A DNA stretch of 64,000 nt from Pseudomonas phage PhiPA3: the sequence record HQ630627.1; one strand, given 5' to 3'. The translations under genes and the position numbers were made by a program. This document shows positions 9,337-18,645 of the stretch, piece by piece. The notes under the pieces are model-generated. The model had not been told where the DNA came from. It saw nothing but the letters and a program-made list of their open reading frames with translations, and did no database searches. The first letter of the stretch is position 1. Each line of letters starts with the position of its first letter.

Positions 9337-9492
9337 ATGAAACAAGCTCTCATCATCGCTGGTATCGTTACCTCCATCGGCGCTGCTGCCTTCGCCGGCT
9401 ACAAGTACTTCACCGGCAACGACGCCGACTCGGCGGGCGACACCCCGGCAGCTCCCGAAGCCGCCACTGAAGAAACCCCCGCTACTGAATAA
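9337..9492 (+). CDS. 51-aa TM microprotein with acidic tail
   Basis: AAAAGGAAAC ribosome-binding site. The N-terminal segment ALIIAGIVTSIGAAAFAGY is hydrophobic. Confidence 0.35.
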   Translation: MKQALIIAGIVTSIGAAAFAGYKYFTGNDADSAGDTPAAPEAATEETPATE

Positions 9493-9535
9493 GTAGCGGT
9501 TCACCTTCCACACCATTTCAAGTAAGGAAAGCAAT

Positions 9536-9838
9536 ATGTTCGGTTCTCTCGTAAAAGGTGCTCTGCTGATGGTCGTCGGAGCGGCTGGTCTGACTGCCAT
9601 GATGGTGTGGTCGGATGACGCTATCTCGAATGAGCTCCTGCGTGAGTTCAACGATTACGTCAAGTCTCTACCCGAAGATCTCGTCGGTGAAGAGCGTAAC
9701 AAAACCATCCATAGCTATGTCGAGCGTCGCATGAAAGAAATCCGCAGCGCTCTCAGCATGGCTCGTAACCTGTGTGAATTGGAGGAAAAGGTACAAGCCT
9801 TCCTCCAGAAGAACATCACTCCGGTTCCGGCAGAGTAA
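9536..9838 (+). CDS. hypothetical protein (100 aa) with N-terminal TM
   Basis: ORF with a ribosome-binding site. Confidence 0.45.
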   Translation: MFGSLVKGALLMVVGAAGLTAMMVWSDDAISNELLREFNDYVKSLPEDLVGEERNKTIHSYVERRMKEIRSALSMARNLCELEEKVQAFLQKNITPVPAE

Positions 9839-9845
9839 CCCCTAG

Positions 9846-9866
9846 GGGGCCTTCGGGCCCCCATCT
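9846..9866 (+). terminator. hairpin gggggcc-ttcg-ggccccc
   Basis: GC stem with a UUCG loop. Confidence 0.55.
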
Positions 9867-9892
9867 CCTTTGTAATGTATCTTTTCTGAAGG

Positions 9893-9914
9893 CTATATTA
9901 CAAAAGTGATATTA
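9893..9914 (+). promoter_or_regulatory. early-promoter-like dyad motif CTATATTACAAAAGTGATATTA
   Basis: Second copy of the motif, about 30 nt after terminator 9846 and 25 nt before ATG 9939. Confidence 0.45.
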
Positions 9915-9938
9915 CCCAATTCAATCGAGGATTTAATC

Positions 9939-10091
9939 ATGAAAGCAATTGCCCTGGTATTCGTAGGTATGGTTCTTGGCGGCCTGTTCGTTAACGCTAA
10001 GTACGATACCCCCAAAGCATCTGAAGAGCAAGTTGTACTCGGTACCCGGATCGGTTCTCTGGGTCAAGAGATCTTGGTTGTTAAGAACTAA
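9939..10091 (+). CDS. 50-aa TM microprotein
   Basis: I preferred ATG 9939 over 9906, because the 9906 start overlaps the promoter motif. It has a GAGG ribosome-binding site and the hydrophobic segment IALVFVGMVLGGLFV. Confidence 0.35.
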   Translation: MKAIALVFVGMVLGGLFVNAKYDTPKASEEQVVLGTRIGSLGQEILVVKN

Positions 10092-10130
10092 GTAATACCC
10101 CCTTCAAATAAACAATAGGAAAATACAATC

Positions 10131-10487
10131 ATGGCTCGCTCCCTCTCTGACTACGTCGTAGAAGAAATCGTTTATCCGACCGTCATCGGTCTGTCTATCG
10201 CCGGCGTTCTGATCGGCATCAATGAGGCTGTCAAATGGTGGAACCGTCCCACCGATAAGGACATCGTCGAAGAATACTGTATCAAGATCGATGAGATCGT
10301 TCAGCGCCACAAGAACCGTGTCGTCGCTCGCGAGGGGGATCGCATCATCGCCGTCAACACCGCTTACCGTGCCCTGATGCTTCGCCTCGCCGTGGAATAC
10401 CAGGGTAACGAACTGGAAGAAGTTCGTAAGACCATCCGTGCACATTACGAAATGCGTGCGAAAGAAAACGGTTGGGAAATCAACTAA
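10131..10487 (+). CDS. hypothetical early protein (118 aa)
   Basis: ORF preceded by the AATAGGAAAA translation-initiation motif. Confidence 0.5.
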   Translation: MARSLSDYVVEEIVYPTVIGLSIAGVLIGINEAVKWWNRPTDKDIVEEYCIKIDEIVQRHKNRVVAREGDRIIAVNTAYRALMLRLAVEYQGNELEEVRKTIRAHYEMRAKENGWEIN

Positions 10488-10552
10488 GCGCGATGGGGTA
10501 GGCGAAAGCTTACCCCCTGTTATACCTTCAATTTTTAATAGGAATCTTCAAA

Positions 10553-10933
10553 ATGAAAACAGTCTCGATCGTGGCCATCACTATTTCAGCTGTAGTCGCT
10601 GTTGGTTTCACCGCAGCGGCTATCTATACCCACAACCGTAACGAAGCTCGCATCGAAAAACGCGATGCATTCATCGACAGCATTTGCGGCGATCTCGCCG
10701 AAGCAGTTGCTAAGTACAAGCGTACCGCTGACTACGACAAACTCGTGGACAGTCTGCGTGAAGACGGTCTCTCTCCGGAAGACCTCGTCAATCGCGTGCG
10801 CTTTGCTGTAGCCGCCAAACTGCTTCCGCGGTTCGAGAAGCGTTTGGAAAAGAACAAGGATGAATACTCCGAAGAAGACTTCGGTATCATCCTGTCCCGT
10901 CTCCACACCTTCACCAAGCGAGTTATCTACTAA
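10553..10933 (+). CDS. hypothetical early protein (126 aa), N-terminal TM
   Basis: ORF preceded by AATAGGAATC. Confidence 0.5.
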   Translation: MKTVSIVAITISAVVAVGFTAAAIYTHNRNEARIEKRDAFIDSICGDLAEAVAKYKRTADYDKLVDSLREDGLSPEDLVNRVRFAVAAKLLPRFEKRLEKNKDEYSEEDFGIILSRLHTFTKRVIY

Positions 10934-11115
10934 TGAAATACCTCACTCAAGCCCTCGTTGTAATCTTCCTCGGTGCCAGCGTTGCTGTGGGTAACGCTTA
11001 CGTCGATCTGACCAAGCCGGAAGGCAAAGTCAGTAAAGAAACCCAAGCACTCTGCGACAAGCGTGACCAGAAGTGTCAGCAGTTTGTGATCGTCTTCCAG
11101 GAGAAGTTCAAGTGA
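10933..11115 (+). CDS. hypothetical protein (60 aa), signal/TM N-terminus
   Basis: ORF with a TAATG overlap with the upstream gene. Confidence 0.4.
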   Translation: MKYLTQALVVIFLGASVAVGNAYVDLTKPEGKVSKETQALCDKRDQKCQQFVIVFQEKFK

Positions 11116-11531
11116 TCCAACAACCTTACCGTCGCACAGCGGCCGAGTTCTCCATCAATCAAGGAACTGAACAGAAACAAGCTGCCGGTTTCACCAGCGC
11201 CTATTATGTCTTCGCTGACATTAAAGGCGACACCATGCTGGACTGGATCGAATACCAGATGAACCGTCTGATGCCTCTGGAGGTCCGTAACCATAACCAC
11301 AGCTACAAGGACATGTTCTGGATGTTCCATGACCAGGGCTTGTTCAAAGAGCCGGTAAACGCTGAGTTCTTCTATCGGATCATCCCGATCCACAAGCGCC
11401 GTTTCCGCAAGCTGCTGCGCCGCGTAGCCGGCGCCTGTCGTATCAAGGGTGGCGGTTACAAGGGCGTGGATTGCATGGTGGTTCCTGATGCAGTGGTCGA
11501 CACCATGAACGCCTGGGTCAATGAAGGCTAA
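11112..11531 (+). CDS. hypothetical protein (139 aa)
   Basis: I preferred the GTG start at 11112, which has an AGGAG ribosome-binding site, over ATG 11073. Confidence 0.4.
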   Translation: MIQQPYRRTAAEFSINQGTEQKQAAGFTSAYYVFADIKGDTMLDWIEYQMNRLMPLEVRNHNHSYKDMFWMFHDQGLFKEPVNAEFFYRIIPIHKRRFRKLLRRVAGACRIKGGGYKGVDCMVVPDAVVDTMNAWVNEG

Positions 11532-11565
11532 ACGTCCGCAGATCTACCGAAGGAAATCCGTAACA

Positions 11566-11859
11566 ATGACCGATAAATACGAATCTCCGGTTAGCACACC
11601 GGATAAGCTTTACATCAACGGCTACAACGTCACCGCCCTGACGGACCTGATCGAACAAATACGCGATCACTTCGGGGATGAAACGTTCCTGGAACAGATC
11701 TCCATCGATACCGAGCAGGTTCAAGTCGCCGGTTGCAGCTGTTGCCCTGGTGGTGCTGTCTACAACACCTACTACGTTATCACCCGTGAGCCTGTGGGGG
11801 ATAACGTACGTAACTCGGCTACCATGCTGGGTGGTATCCTTCAGGAAACTGACGGATGA
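11566..11859 (+). CDS. hypothetical protein (97 aa)
   Basis: ATG 11566 with an AAGGAAAT ribosome-binding site, in frame with track ORF 11521. Confidence 0.4.
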   Translation: MTDKYESPVSTPDKLYINGYNVTALTDLIEQIRDHFGDETFLEQISIDTEQVQVAGCSCCPGGAVYNTYYVITREPVGDNVRNSATMLGGILQETDG

Positions 11860-12083
11860 GTTACCGTTTCCGTCAGATAACCTCGACAGAGGCACGTGAG
11901 CTCCCTAACGGTGAGTATGACACGTGCCCACTACATGGCCCTCAGGTGTACATGCCTGAGCGTCGTGTACGGGTGAAGAATGGTTCTGTGCGGTTACTGG
12001 CGTACATCGATGATGACATGCTGGCATTCAGTGCACCGTTCTTCTTTGAAGTCAACGTTTTAGTGGAGAAGCAAGATGGGTAA
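11856..12083 (+). CDS. hypothetical protein (75 aa)
   Basis: ORF with an ATGA overlap. Confidence 0.4.
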   Translation: MSYRFRQITSTEARELPNGEYDTCPLHGPQVYMPERRVRVKNGSVRLLAYIDDDMLAFSAPFFFEVNVLVEKQDG

Positions 12084-12243
12084 GAAATTATTCGACCATG
12101 TCCGCAGTCAATGGTTAATGGCCACCTGCTTCGCTGTAGCTGATTCGGTTCTGTATGGTGATGCTTTCGCACGGAATAGCATCAAAGAAGCAGAAGACAA
12201 CCTTCGGGAAACGGCGGCTAAGATCATTGCAGGTGACTACTGA
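12076..12243 (+). CDS. hypothetical protein (55 aa)
   Basis: Small ORF that fills a gap, with a TGATG overlap to the next gene. Confidence 0.3.
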   Translation: MGKKLFDHVRSQWLMATCFAVADSVLYGDAFARNSIKEAEDNLRETAAKIIAGDY

Positions 12244-12428
12244 TGGCTTCGCGTATTTCCAAAGGTAAACGTCGGTACCTGATGCAGTTGGTTAAGTCGG
12301 GTGCTATGCGTTATAAAAGTATCTGGCAGGCTGCTTGCGGTATGTACGGCCTCAATATGCATCTCGAAGGCACGTCAGAATCGCGTGAAGCCATCTACCG
12401 TCGATTCCTGGAAGAGGAAGAGCAATGA
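12243..12428 (+). CDS. hypothetical basic protein (61 aa)
   Basis: ORF. Confidence 0.4.
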   Translation: MASRISKGKRRYLMQLVKSGAMRYKSIWQAACGMYGLNMHLEGTSESREAIYRRFLEEEEQ

Positions 12429-12658
12429 GCCTCAACTACAGCGGCTACAGCGTTACCTTTAACGTTACGCACAACGGTGTCCAAAAAGCGTTCACTGGGT
12501 TCACTGAACCGACTGGTGATGCTGAGGAGGACAAGAAGATCGCTACTCGTAAAGCCATGGAGCAATTCATGGCCTCCGAGCAGTTCGGTCAGATGACCTA
12601 TGGCTTGATGGACGAGTTCAACATCAAGGTCACCACGCTGGTACACACCAGCATGTAA
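12425..12658 (+). CDS. hypothetical protein (77 aa)
   Basis: ORF with an ATGA overlap, followed by hairpin actcgtatc-N8-gatacgagt. Confidence 0.45.
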   Translation: MSLNYSGYSVTFNVTHNGVQKAFTGFTEPTGDAEEDKKIATRKAMEQFMASEQFGQMTYGLMDEFNIKVTTLVHTSM

Positions 12659-12725
12659 AGAGTAATATACGTGTACTCGTATCCTAAACAGATACGAGTG
12701 CATTATTTTATTCCGTGAGGTAGGT

Positions 12726-12962
12726 ATGTTTATTAATGTGATCGCTCAAATCCAGGGTCAGAGTAGAACGGTGGATGTAATCGTCAGTGAGCCTAATAGC
12801 CTCGTTGAACTATTGACGATTTATCAGAAGTCGGATAAGGTTAAAGCTTATCGGGTTATTCCACAAGACTGCCCACCAGTAAAGAACTTCTATACCGATT
12901 TCGGTTGGGGTAACGCGTATTTTGATAAGAACCAACCTGATAAATTTGATTGGACCGATTAA
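12726..12962 (+). CDS. hypothetical protein (78 aa)
   Basis: ORF with a GAGG ribosome-binding site. Confidence 0.4.
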   Translation: MFINVIAQIQGQSRTVDVIVSEPNSLVELLTIYQKSDKVKAYRVIPQDCPPVKNFYTDFGWGNAYFDKNQPDKFDWTD

Positions 12963-13006
12963 CATGTCTAAAGAGGAAGGGCTGACCTACGTCGTCCCGC
13001 CGTACG

Positions 13007-13240
13007 ATGAACTCTGACAAGCTACGGGGAATACTGGCTAACCACGGTATACTCCCTACACTGTTCGTTGAGAGTTCAGATATACGTATTGCCAACTTCC
13101 GGTTCCAACGGCATAAAACTCAGGTTCTCAAACCTGGTGGACCTGGTTATCGGAAATGGATTGACGTGGATTCACTGGACTGGGTAGAAGTCGAGTTCCA
13201 CCTCAACAAATTCCTCAAGGAGAATGGTCTCGATGGATGA
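13007..13240 (+). CDS. hypothetical protein (77 aa)
   Basis: ORF. Confidence 0.4.
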   Translation: MNSDKLRGILANHGILPTLFVESSDIRIANFRFQRHKTQVLKPGGPGYRKWIDVDSLDWVEVEFHLNKFLKENGLDG

Positions 13241-13688
13241 CCTCATGATCAACCACAACTACGGAAAACCCATGAACGAAACGCCAGCTATACGGATCTC
13301 GGATCTGCCAGTACTGGACGATCGCCAGATCAATCAGGCGATTGCCAATCTGGATACATTGGCCATTCCGTCTGCTGAACAGGTCATTAAAACGATCGAT
13401 GAGCAGGAGCGTATCCGTCAGACACCGCTGTTTGACACCTTCGTCAAGGACATGGTAGCCAAGCTCAATGATCCGGTGTTTCTACATCGTGAGAAACACC
13501 ATTTCTCCTCGGGTAAGGGCTACGTCTTCGAGTACAAGGATAACATGCCCGCCCCGTTGTTCGAATACCTTTGCAGTCAGTTTGGCAAAGCCGGCTGGGC
13601 GGCGGTTACCAGGACCAATGGTAACGAGCGCGCGGCAACTGGCCGAACGACTTCCATCTACGTCATCTACGATGATTGCGACGAGTAA
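13224..13688 (+). CDS. hypothetical protein (154 aa)
   Basis: ORF. Confidence 0.5.
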   Translation: MVSMDDLMINHNYGKPMNETPAIRISDLPVLDDRQINQAIANLDTLAIPSAEQVIKTIDEQERIRQTPLFDTFVKDMVAKLNDPVFLHREKHHFSSGKGYVFEYKDNMPAPLFEYLCSQFGKAGWAAVTRTNGNERAATGRTTSIYVIYDDCDE

Positions 13689-13696
13689 GTGCAACC

Positions 13697-13909
13697 ATGA
13701 TTGATAAAGAAGCGGTTTTCAAGACCGAGGAAGAAATCCTCATGAAAGGCGATCTCGTGATGTGCCGCGAGTATGGCCTGTCACCCAACGGCAATCCCCT
13801 CAATGGGGTCTGGGTGATCCGCAACCGCAAGACTGGTCAGTACATCGACCATGACCGCTACAGCAATGACCTCAAAGAGCGTCACGACTTCCACCCCAAC
13901 GTGAGTTAA
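13697..13909 (+). CDS. hypothetical protein (70 aa)
   Basis: ATG 13697, in frame with track ORF 13676. Confidence 0.4.
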   Translation: MIDKEAVFKTEEEILMKGDLVMCREYGLSPNGNPLNGVWVIRNRKTGQYIDHDRYSNDLKERHDFHPNVS

Positions 13910-13920
13910 AGGAGTAATAC

Positions 13921-14181
13921 ATGGGTACTCATATTTCCGGTGACTACACCGAAATCAATTTCCTGGAGTTCCACAACCGTAAAAAGCAACTCCCCAGTGG
14001 CATCTACCTCGTGGTTGAACACGATGGTAGTCACAACGTCGCTCGTGTTACCAGCAACGGTCTCTGGAATGAGATCGACTGGTTCTCGGTACAAGAGTGG
14101 GAAGATCTGCAACAACGTGAGCATCAAGCACGTATGGATGATGCTGCGCTCGACGCCATCATGCGTTTCGATCCCCTTTAA
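13921..14181 (+). CDS. hypothetical protein (86 aa)
   Basis: ORF with an AAGGAG ribosome-binding site. Confidence 0.45.
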   Translation: MGTHISGDYTEINFLEFHNRKKQLPSGIYLVVEHDGSHNVARVTSNGLWNEIDWFSVQEWEDLQQREHQARMDDAALDAIMRFDPL

Positions 14182-14217
14182 CAACCGTCATTCAATTAGT
14201 AATAGGAAAATTTAATC

Positions 14218-15033
14218 ATGACTCATCGTCCGACTCAAGAACAACTGCAACATTTTCGTAGCATGCGTGAAGCTCGTCGTGTTCGCTTCAATCCGGCTCA
14301 CCTCCCCCAGGGCACCGTAGTCGAAGCTGAGCTCCCCACCCTGAAGAACTACGACAACCCGGAACAAATGGTGATCCTGCCGGGTGACGTATACCCACGC
14401 GGTCAGTTCACCGTGGATTACTGCGGTCGTAACGGCGCTGACAGCTGGTACGTCGTGTGCTTCGAAGAAGATGAAGGCCTGGGCATCAAGCGTGGGTTCA
14501 ACATCTCCTGGGTGCGCAAGATCATCTCCCGTGGTACTGGTCCGGTTCTGACCGATGACCCGAACCGCGATACCACTTACCGACCCAACATGCACCCGCC
14601 GCGTTACCGCAGCTTCCCCAAGCCCAAGAACGCGTACTACATGGAAAGCCTGCGCATGGGTGTACATGGTATCCTGCAAAGCCATCCAGCGTTCAAAGAT
14701 CGTTGCCGCGATCACCTCTACGATCTGGAGAAGATCACCGCATGGCTCGAAAATCACCCGACCATTCAGGCCGGTGCTCATAAGACCACCTACATTCACT
14801 TCTACGTCATCAATAAGCGTAAGTTCCTCAAGCTACTGGAGCAAGCCATGACTTACGCCAAGACCAGCCGCCGCAAGGAACAAGAACGCAACAACCGTCT
14901 GGACTACGAGGCCAGCATGCGTGACCTCGATTCGTGCTTCGACGATGATGACGACATCCCGGTAGTTACCGATGAGGATACCACCTGGGAAACCCACTAT
15001 GATCCATCCGCTGAGGATTGGGTTGGTAATTAA
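14218..15033 (+). CDS. hypothetical protein (271 aa) with acidic C-terminal tail
   Basis: ORF preceded by AATAGGAAAA and followed by a strong terminator. Confidence 0.55.
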   Translation: MTHRPTQEQLQHFRSMREARRVRFNPAHLPQGTVVEAELPTLKNYDNPEQMVILPGDVYPRGQFTVDYCGRNGADSWYVVCFEEDEGLGIKRGFNISWVRKIISRGTGPVLTDDPNRDTTYRPNMHPPRYRSFPKPKNAYYMESLRMGVHGILQSHPAFKDRCRDHLYDLEKITAWLENHPTIQAGAHKTTYIHFYVINKRKFLKLLEQAMTYAKTSRRKEQERNNRLDYEASMRDLDSCFDDDDDIPVVTDEDTTWETHYDPSAEDWVGN

Positions 15034-15059
15034 TTCGTTGGTAACAACGCTTATACCCA

Positions 15060-15090
15060 GGGGCTCTTTGGAGCCCCATCTTTTTTTATT
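15060..15090 (+). terminator. intrinsic terminator ggggctc-tttg-gagcccc + T7
   Basis: GC stem followed by a run of seven or more T. Confidence 0.75.
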
Positions 15091-15150
15091 TCCACAAACG
15101 GCAGTACTTTTTATAACTAGACTTGCGTGTCGTTTTAGAGGGACTGAGAA

Positions 15151-15495
15151 ATGCCTGTACATCAACTCAATAGCCAATTGCTGATTAAGCACTCCCCTCA
15201 GTTCACCTATGACGATTCTGGTGTCCTGTTCAGTGCACGTAGCTACAAAGACCAGAATGACCAACCGAAGATCCATTGGGACGTATACAAGGGTAATGAT
15301 TACCACGGAGCTTTCGTACGCGTGGGTCATCCGAGTCTTCCGAACAAACTCCACTTCATCCAGTTGGAAATCTTCAAACGGTATTCACAATACACTAATC
15401 TGTGCAATCTGTACCAACTCGAACCAGTGATCAAGGAAGAGTACGATCTCCTGATCGCTAAACTCAACAAGCTGTATCACCTCAACATCGTCTAA
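15151..15495 (+). CDS. hypothetical protein (114 aa)
   Basis: ORF with a GAGGGA ribosome-binding site. Confidence 0.5.
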   Translation: MPVHQLNSQLLIKHSPQFTYDDSGVLFSARSYKDQNDQPKIHWDVYKGNDYHGAFVRVGHPSLPNKLHFIQLEIFKRYSQYTNLCNLYQLEPVIKEEYDLLIAKLNKLYHLNIV

Positions 15496-15509
15496 AAGGA
15501 AACTACAAG

Positions 15510-16580
15510 ATGATTCGTCTCCCTTCCACCGTTACCAACGTGTTCAGCCGTTCCGTCAACAACATCAACCAGTGGATGGACAAGAATGTAGGTTCAGTTT
15601 ACGCTGGTTTCCCCACGGCTGTCCTGGAATCCCCGGAAGCTGGTCACTGGCGTGAACTCGAAGCCGCTCCCCAGAACCATGTCTACATGGACATGCTCTG
15701 GGCTGAGGTAGCTCGTATCGGTCTGCGCATCTGCAACACCATTGATCGGGTCGACGTACGTCTGTACGTTGGTCTGTGTCGTCGGGATTGGTTCGACAAC
15801 GGTAACAGCGAACTGATCGAGATCTTTACCGAGCTCTATGACGGCGATCAGTGGTTCCGTACCGGTGAGCAGTACCTGCCGGTTGAGAAAGCCAATCAGA
15901 TCCCGGTGGTGCTGAACGCGCGGATCGCCTGTGGTTACTGGGACACCATCTGTCAACATGAAGTATACCTCGGGGGGTTGTATGATCCCAGTCGTATCGA
16001 CTGGCATTGGGACAATCCCTTCGTTACCCTGGCTAATCTCGAAATCCGCAGTACCTTCGTAGTACCCACCCTACTGCGTATGGTGAAACGCCTCGGCGTT
16101 ACTTCGCAGTTCCGTGGTATTGCTGACGACGCAAGTGTTGTGTTGGCGATCGACGGTATCGACGAAGCCGCCGCAATGCATGCCTCTGAACGCACCCGTG
16201 AGCACGAGGACATGGTAGTCCTCAAGCTGCGTGATGCGATCATGCGTTACATTCTCACCAGTGGCGGCTTCCAGGTACACTACCCGAACGGTAATCGCCT
16301 GCACTGCGGGCTGACCACTGGTAAATACTGGATCGATAATGACGAACGGAAATTGACTCACGTTACCATGACTCTCTACACGCCGGAACATGTTCACGGT
16401 ATCAATGGCGACCAACTGGAAGAGGTCTACTACTCCAACATGTCGGAAAACTTCGCTCCCGAAGACTACGACACCATCCTGAAAGCCCTCGATAAACGAC
16501 TGCGGGAACAGAACGATGTATCTGGTCTGGGTAGCCGTGTGGTCGACCTGTGGCGTGCAACTCAGATGTTCCCGGTATGA
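15510..16580 (+). CDS. hypothetical protein (356 aa)
   Basis: ORF with an AAGGAAAC ribosome-binding site. Confidence 0.55.
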   Translation: MIRLPSTVTNVFSRSVNNINQWMDKNVGSVYAGFPTAVLESPEAGHWRELEAAPQNHVYMDMLWAEVARIGLRICNTIDRVDVRLYVGLCRRDWFDNGNSELIEIFTELYDGDQWFRTGEQYLPVEKANQIPVVLNARIACGYWDTICQHEVYLGGLYDPSRIDWHWDNPFVTLANLEIRSTFVVPTLLRMVKRLGVTSQFRGIADDASVVLAIDGIDEAAAMHASERTREHEDMVVLKLRDAIMRYILTSGGFQVHYPNGNRLHCGLTTGKYWIDNDERKLTHVTMTLYTPEHVHGINGDQLEEVYYSNMSENFAPEDYDTILKALDKRLREQNDVSGLGSRVVDLWRATQMFPV

Positions 16581-16810
16581 ATTGCGGTGTAACGGATTTC
16601 GATGTCTACTTGACCATCGTGTTCTTTTTCATTGCAGGTGCGATGTGGCTCTGGTATATTCTTGGAATGTACCTACCTACTGAGGTCTACAAGAACGAAC
16701 CCGACCACAAGAAGGATGAGTACTTCCAGAAAATGCTGTACGTAGCCTTGGGTGCCTCAGGCCTGGCTGTCGCTCAATACCTCTTCCTAAAAGGACTTTC
16801 CAATGTCTAA
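16550..16810 (+). CDS. hypothetical 2-TM membrane protein (77-86 aa; start 16550 or ATG 16577)
   Basis: ORF with two hydrophobic segments. Confidence 0.4.
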   Translation: MACNSDVPGMNCGVTDFDVYLTIVFFFIAGAMWLWYILGMYLPTEVYKNEPDHKKDEYFQKMLYVALGASGLAVAQYLFLKGLSNV

Positions 16811-17072
16811 CAAGCTTGGTAAGAAACACCCGAACTACAGCAATCAAAGTGAAGCCATGGCTAAGCTGATCGCCCGTAAGGATAAATTCGGGCGCCCCAT
16901 GGTTCGTCGTTATACCCCACACATCCTGGATGCGTGGTCGAAACTGCGTGACAAGCTCATGCATCCCTTCCAGGACCAGTACGAGGAGTCCCGCATCTCT
17001 CCGGCGAAACGGGCATACTACCTCAAGCTGGACAAGTACTACAACCGCTCCATTAACGGTAAGGACATCTGA
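16803..17072 (+). CDS. hypothetical basic protein (89 aa)
   Basis: ORF. Confidence 0.45.
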   Translation: MSNKLGKKHPNYSNQSEAMAKLIARKDKFGRPMVRRYTPHILDAWSKLRDKLMHPFQDQYEESRISPAKRAYYLKLDKYYNRSINGKDI

Positions 17073-17209
17073 TGGACGAGCGCTACCAGGAATACCGCAC
17101 CATGTTCACCGACCCGTTCGCGGGTCAAACTCGTAACCAACGGAGGGTTGCCAAGAAGCTTGCCGAGAAGGAAACGCGCAAGCTCCTCCAGCGCACCCGC
17201 CAGAAGTAA
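17072..17209 (+). CDS. hypothetical basic protein (45 aa)
   Basis: Small ORF between track ORFs, with a TGATG overlap, ending at a terminator. Confidence 0.3.
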   Translation: MDERYQEYRTMFTDPFAGQTRNQRRVAKKLAEKETRKLLQRTRQK

Positions 17210-17218
17210 TGACATAAA

Positions 17219-17240
17219 GCCCCTCCCTTCGGGGAGGGGT
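17219..17240 (+). terminator. hairpin gcccctccc-ttcg-gggaggggt
   Basis: GC stem with a UUCG loop. Confidence 0.6.
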
Positions 17241-17270
17241 GTTCTATTTAATTTTTAACAGGGAAATCCA

Positions 17271-17600
17271 ATGGAAGACTTCTACGAAATCAATCTGTTC
17301 CAGGTCGAACGTGTAAAGACCACTATCGGTGACGAGATGGTTGTCGTCGTTCAGGTTGTTACCATGGACAAACGCAAAGCATATGGCGTGCTGGCCGTTG
17401 AAGGTGCTCTGTCCGCTAATGGGGTGATCAAGTTCACTGAGGACCGCCAGTATGCGCGTTACTTCTTCACCGGGTCAGTGGCTAAGGTTTACGCTGAAGC
17501 CTATGCCAATTACCTGCGCTACAACATGGACGAACAAGATTACCTCGACATGAACAGCGGTTACAACTATTCCGAATTCATGAATCTGGTAACCCGCTGA
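17271..17600 (+). CDS. hypothetical protein (109 aa)
   Basis: ORF with a GGGAAAT ribosome-binding site. Confidence 0.5.
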   Translation: MEDFYEINLFQVERVKTTIGDEMVVVVQVVTMDKRKAYGVLAVEGALSANGVIKFTEDRQYARYFFTGSVAKVYAEAYANYLRYNMDEQDYLDMNSGYNYSEFMNLVTR

Positions 17601-17607
17601 GGTAGCT

Positions 17608-18027
17608 ATGGAAAAGATGTTAGAATCGTTCAAGTTCCACAACAAGCATGTTGTGGTGAACTTCGAATATGATGTAAAGAACGACATCTGGCGCCGTGTT
17701 AAGCCCATCGTTCCTATTGGCACTGGTACCGGTAGCATTCCCATTGAAGATCCTGTCGGTGAGCTACTGAACATTCGCTGGGTAGACTGGCAGAAAGCGT
17801 GGCGCGGTGGCGAACAAAAACAATTGTTGGAAGATCGGGTTATCGAACTGAATCCCGAACTAGTCGAAGCTATCCTCGACACTGAATATCTCCAGGAGGA
17901 CTACAATCGCGATGAAGGTCTGGTACAAGTTCGTTACCAGATCTCGAACGATTATCATAATCGTGAGTTCGCTCGCGATTCCGTTAAACGTATCATCGAA
18001 GCCTACAACAAACTCAAGGTGTACTAA
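17608..18027 (+). CDS. hypothetical protein (139 aa)
   Basis: ORF with a GAGG ribosome-binding site. Confidence 0.5.
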   Translation: MEKMLESFKFHNKHVVVNFEYDVKNDIWRRVKPIVPIGTGTGSIPIEDPVGELLNIRWVDWQKAWRGGEQKQLLEDRVIELNPELVEAILDTEYLQEDYNRDEGLVQVRYQISNDYHNREFARDSVKRIIEAYNKLKVY

Positions 18028-18452
18028 TGAGTCTGGAAAAAAGAGATGAAGCGGTAATTTACACCCATGTTGAAACCGGTGGATTGTACTACCGTAACGG
18101 TATTGCCGAAGGTGGTCATGGAAGACAAGTGGTGTTCACCAGCTACTTCGGCGGTAATGTGATGTACATGAGCGAGGCTGATTTCCAAACGGTAATGAAA
18201 CCAGCTAAAACATACGGCTTACGATTCGCTCGGACCTGGGCACCAGCCAAGTGGATAATGGTTATGTTCGCTGGTCTCATCGTTAGTCTTACCTACTATT
18301 CGATTTCTGGTAAGGTGGTCAGTGTCAATAAGTACGCAGAAGCGCTGACACTCATCATCGTAATTTCCAGTATCATGCGTTATCCGATCACATGGCTGTA
18401 TTTCTGGAAATACAATGGGCGTGAGAAAGGTATCGCTTTCTTCAAAGACTAG
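18027..18452 (+). CDS. hypothetical membrane protein (141 aa)
   Basis: ORF with a TAATG overlap and multiple hydrophobic segments. It is the last gene of the + strand early island. Confidence 0.5.
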   Translation: MSLEKRDEAVIYTHVETGGLYYRNGIAEGGHGRQVVFTSYFGGNVMYMSEADFQTVMKPAKTYGLRFARTWAPAKWIMVMFAGLIVSLTYYSISGKVVSVNKYAEALTLIIVISSIMRYPITWLYFWKYNGREKGIAFFKD

Positions 18453-18539
18453 GGGAATTCGACGCTGATGGTTCTCGCGTTATTCATGGACGTCCTGCGT
18501 TAATTCGGTCCGGTTTCACCGGGTCTGTAACCTCCAACT

Positions 18540-18592
18540 GGGAGCCCTTCGGGGCTCCCTTTTATTTCCTTCTTTTTTTTTTGTTTTAGGCT
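18540..18592 (+). terminator. intrinsic terminator gggagccc-ttcg-gggctccc + long T tract
   Basis: An 8-bp GC stem followed by TTTTATTTCCTTCTTTTTTTTTTTG. Confidence 0.75.
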
Positions 18593-18607
18593 AAGACGAC
18601 ATAAAGG

Positions 18608-18645
18608 ATAGGGAGAAGCGGTACGTCATGTCCGCTTCTCCCTAT
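18608..18645. other. perfect 14-bp-stem hairpin atagggagaagcgg-N10-ccgcttctccctat
   Basis: Perfect inverted repeat inside the ORF-free region, with no adjacent U-run. Confidence 0.5.

Noticed and set aside
9906-9938. ATG 9906 start (MILPNSIEDLI...)
   Set aside because: It overlaps the early-promoter-like motif 9893-9914 and leaves no untranslated leader. ATG 9939, which has a GAGG ribosome-binding site, is preferred.
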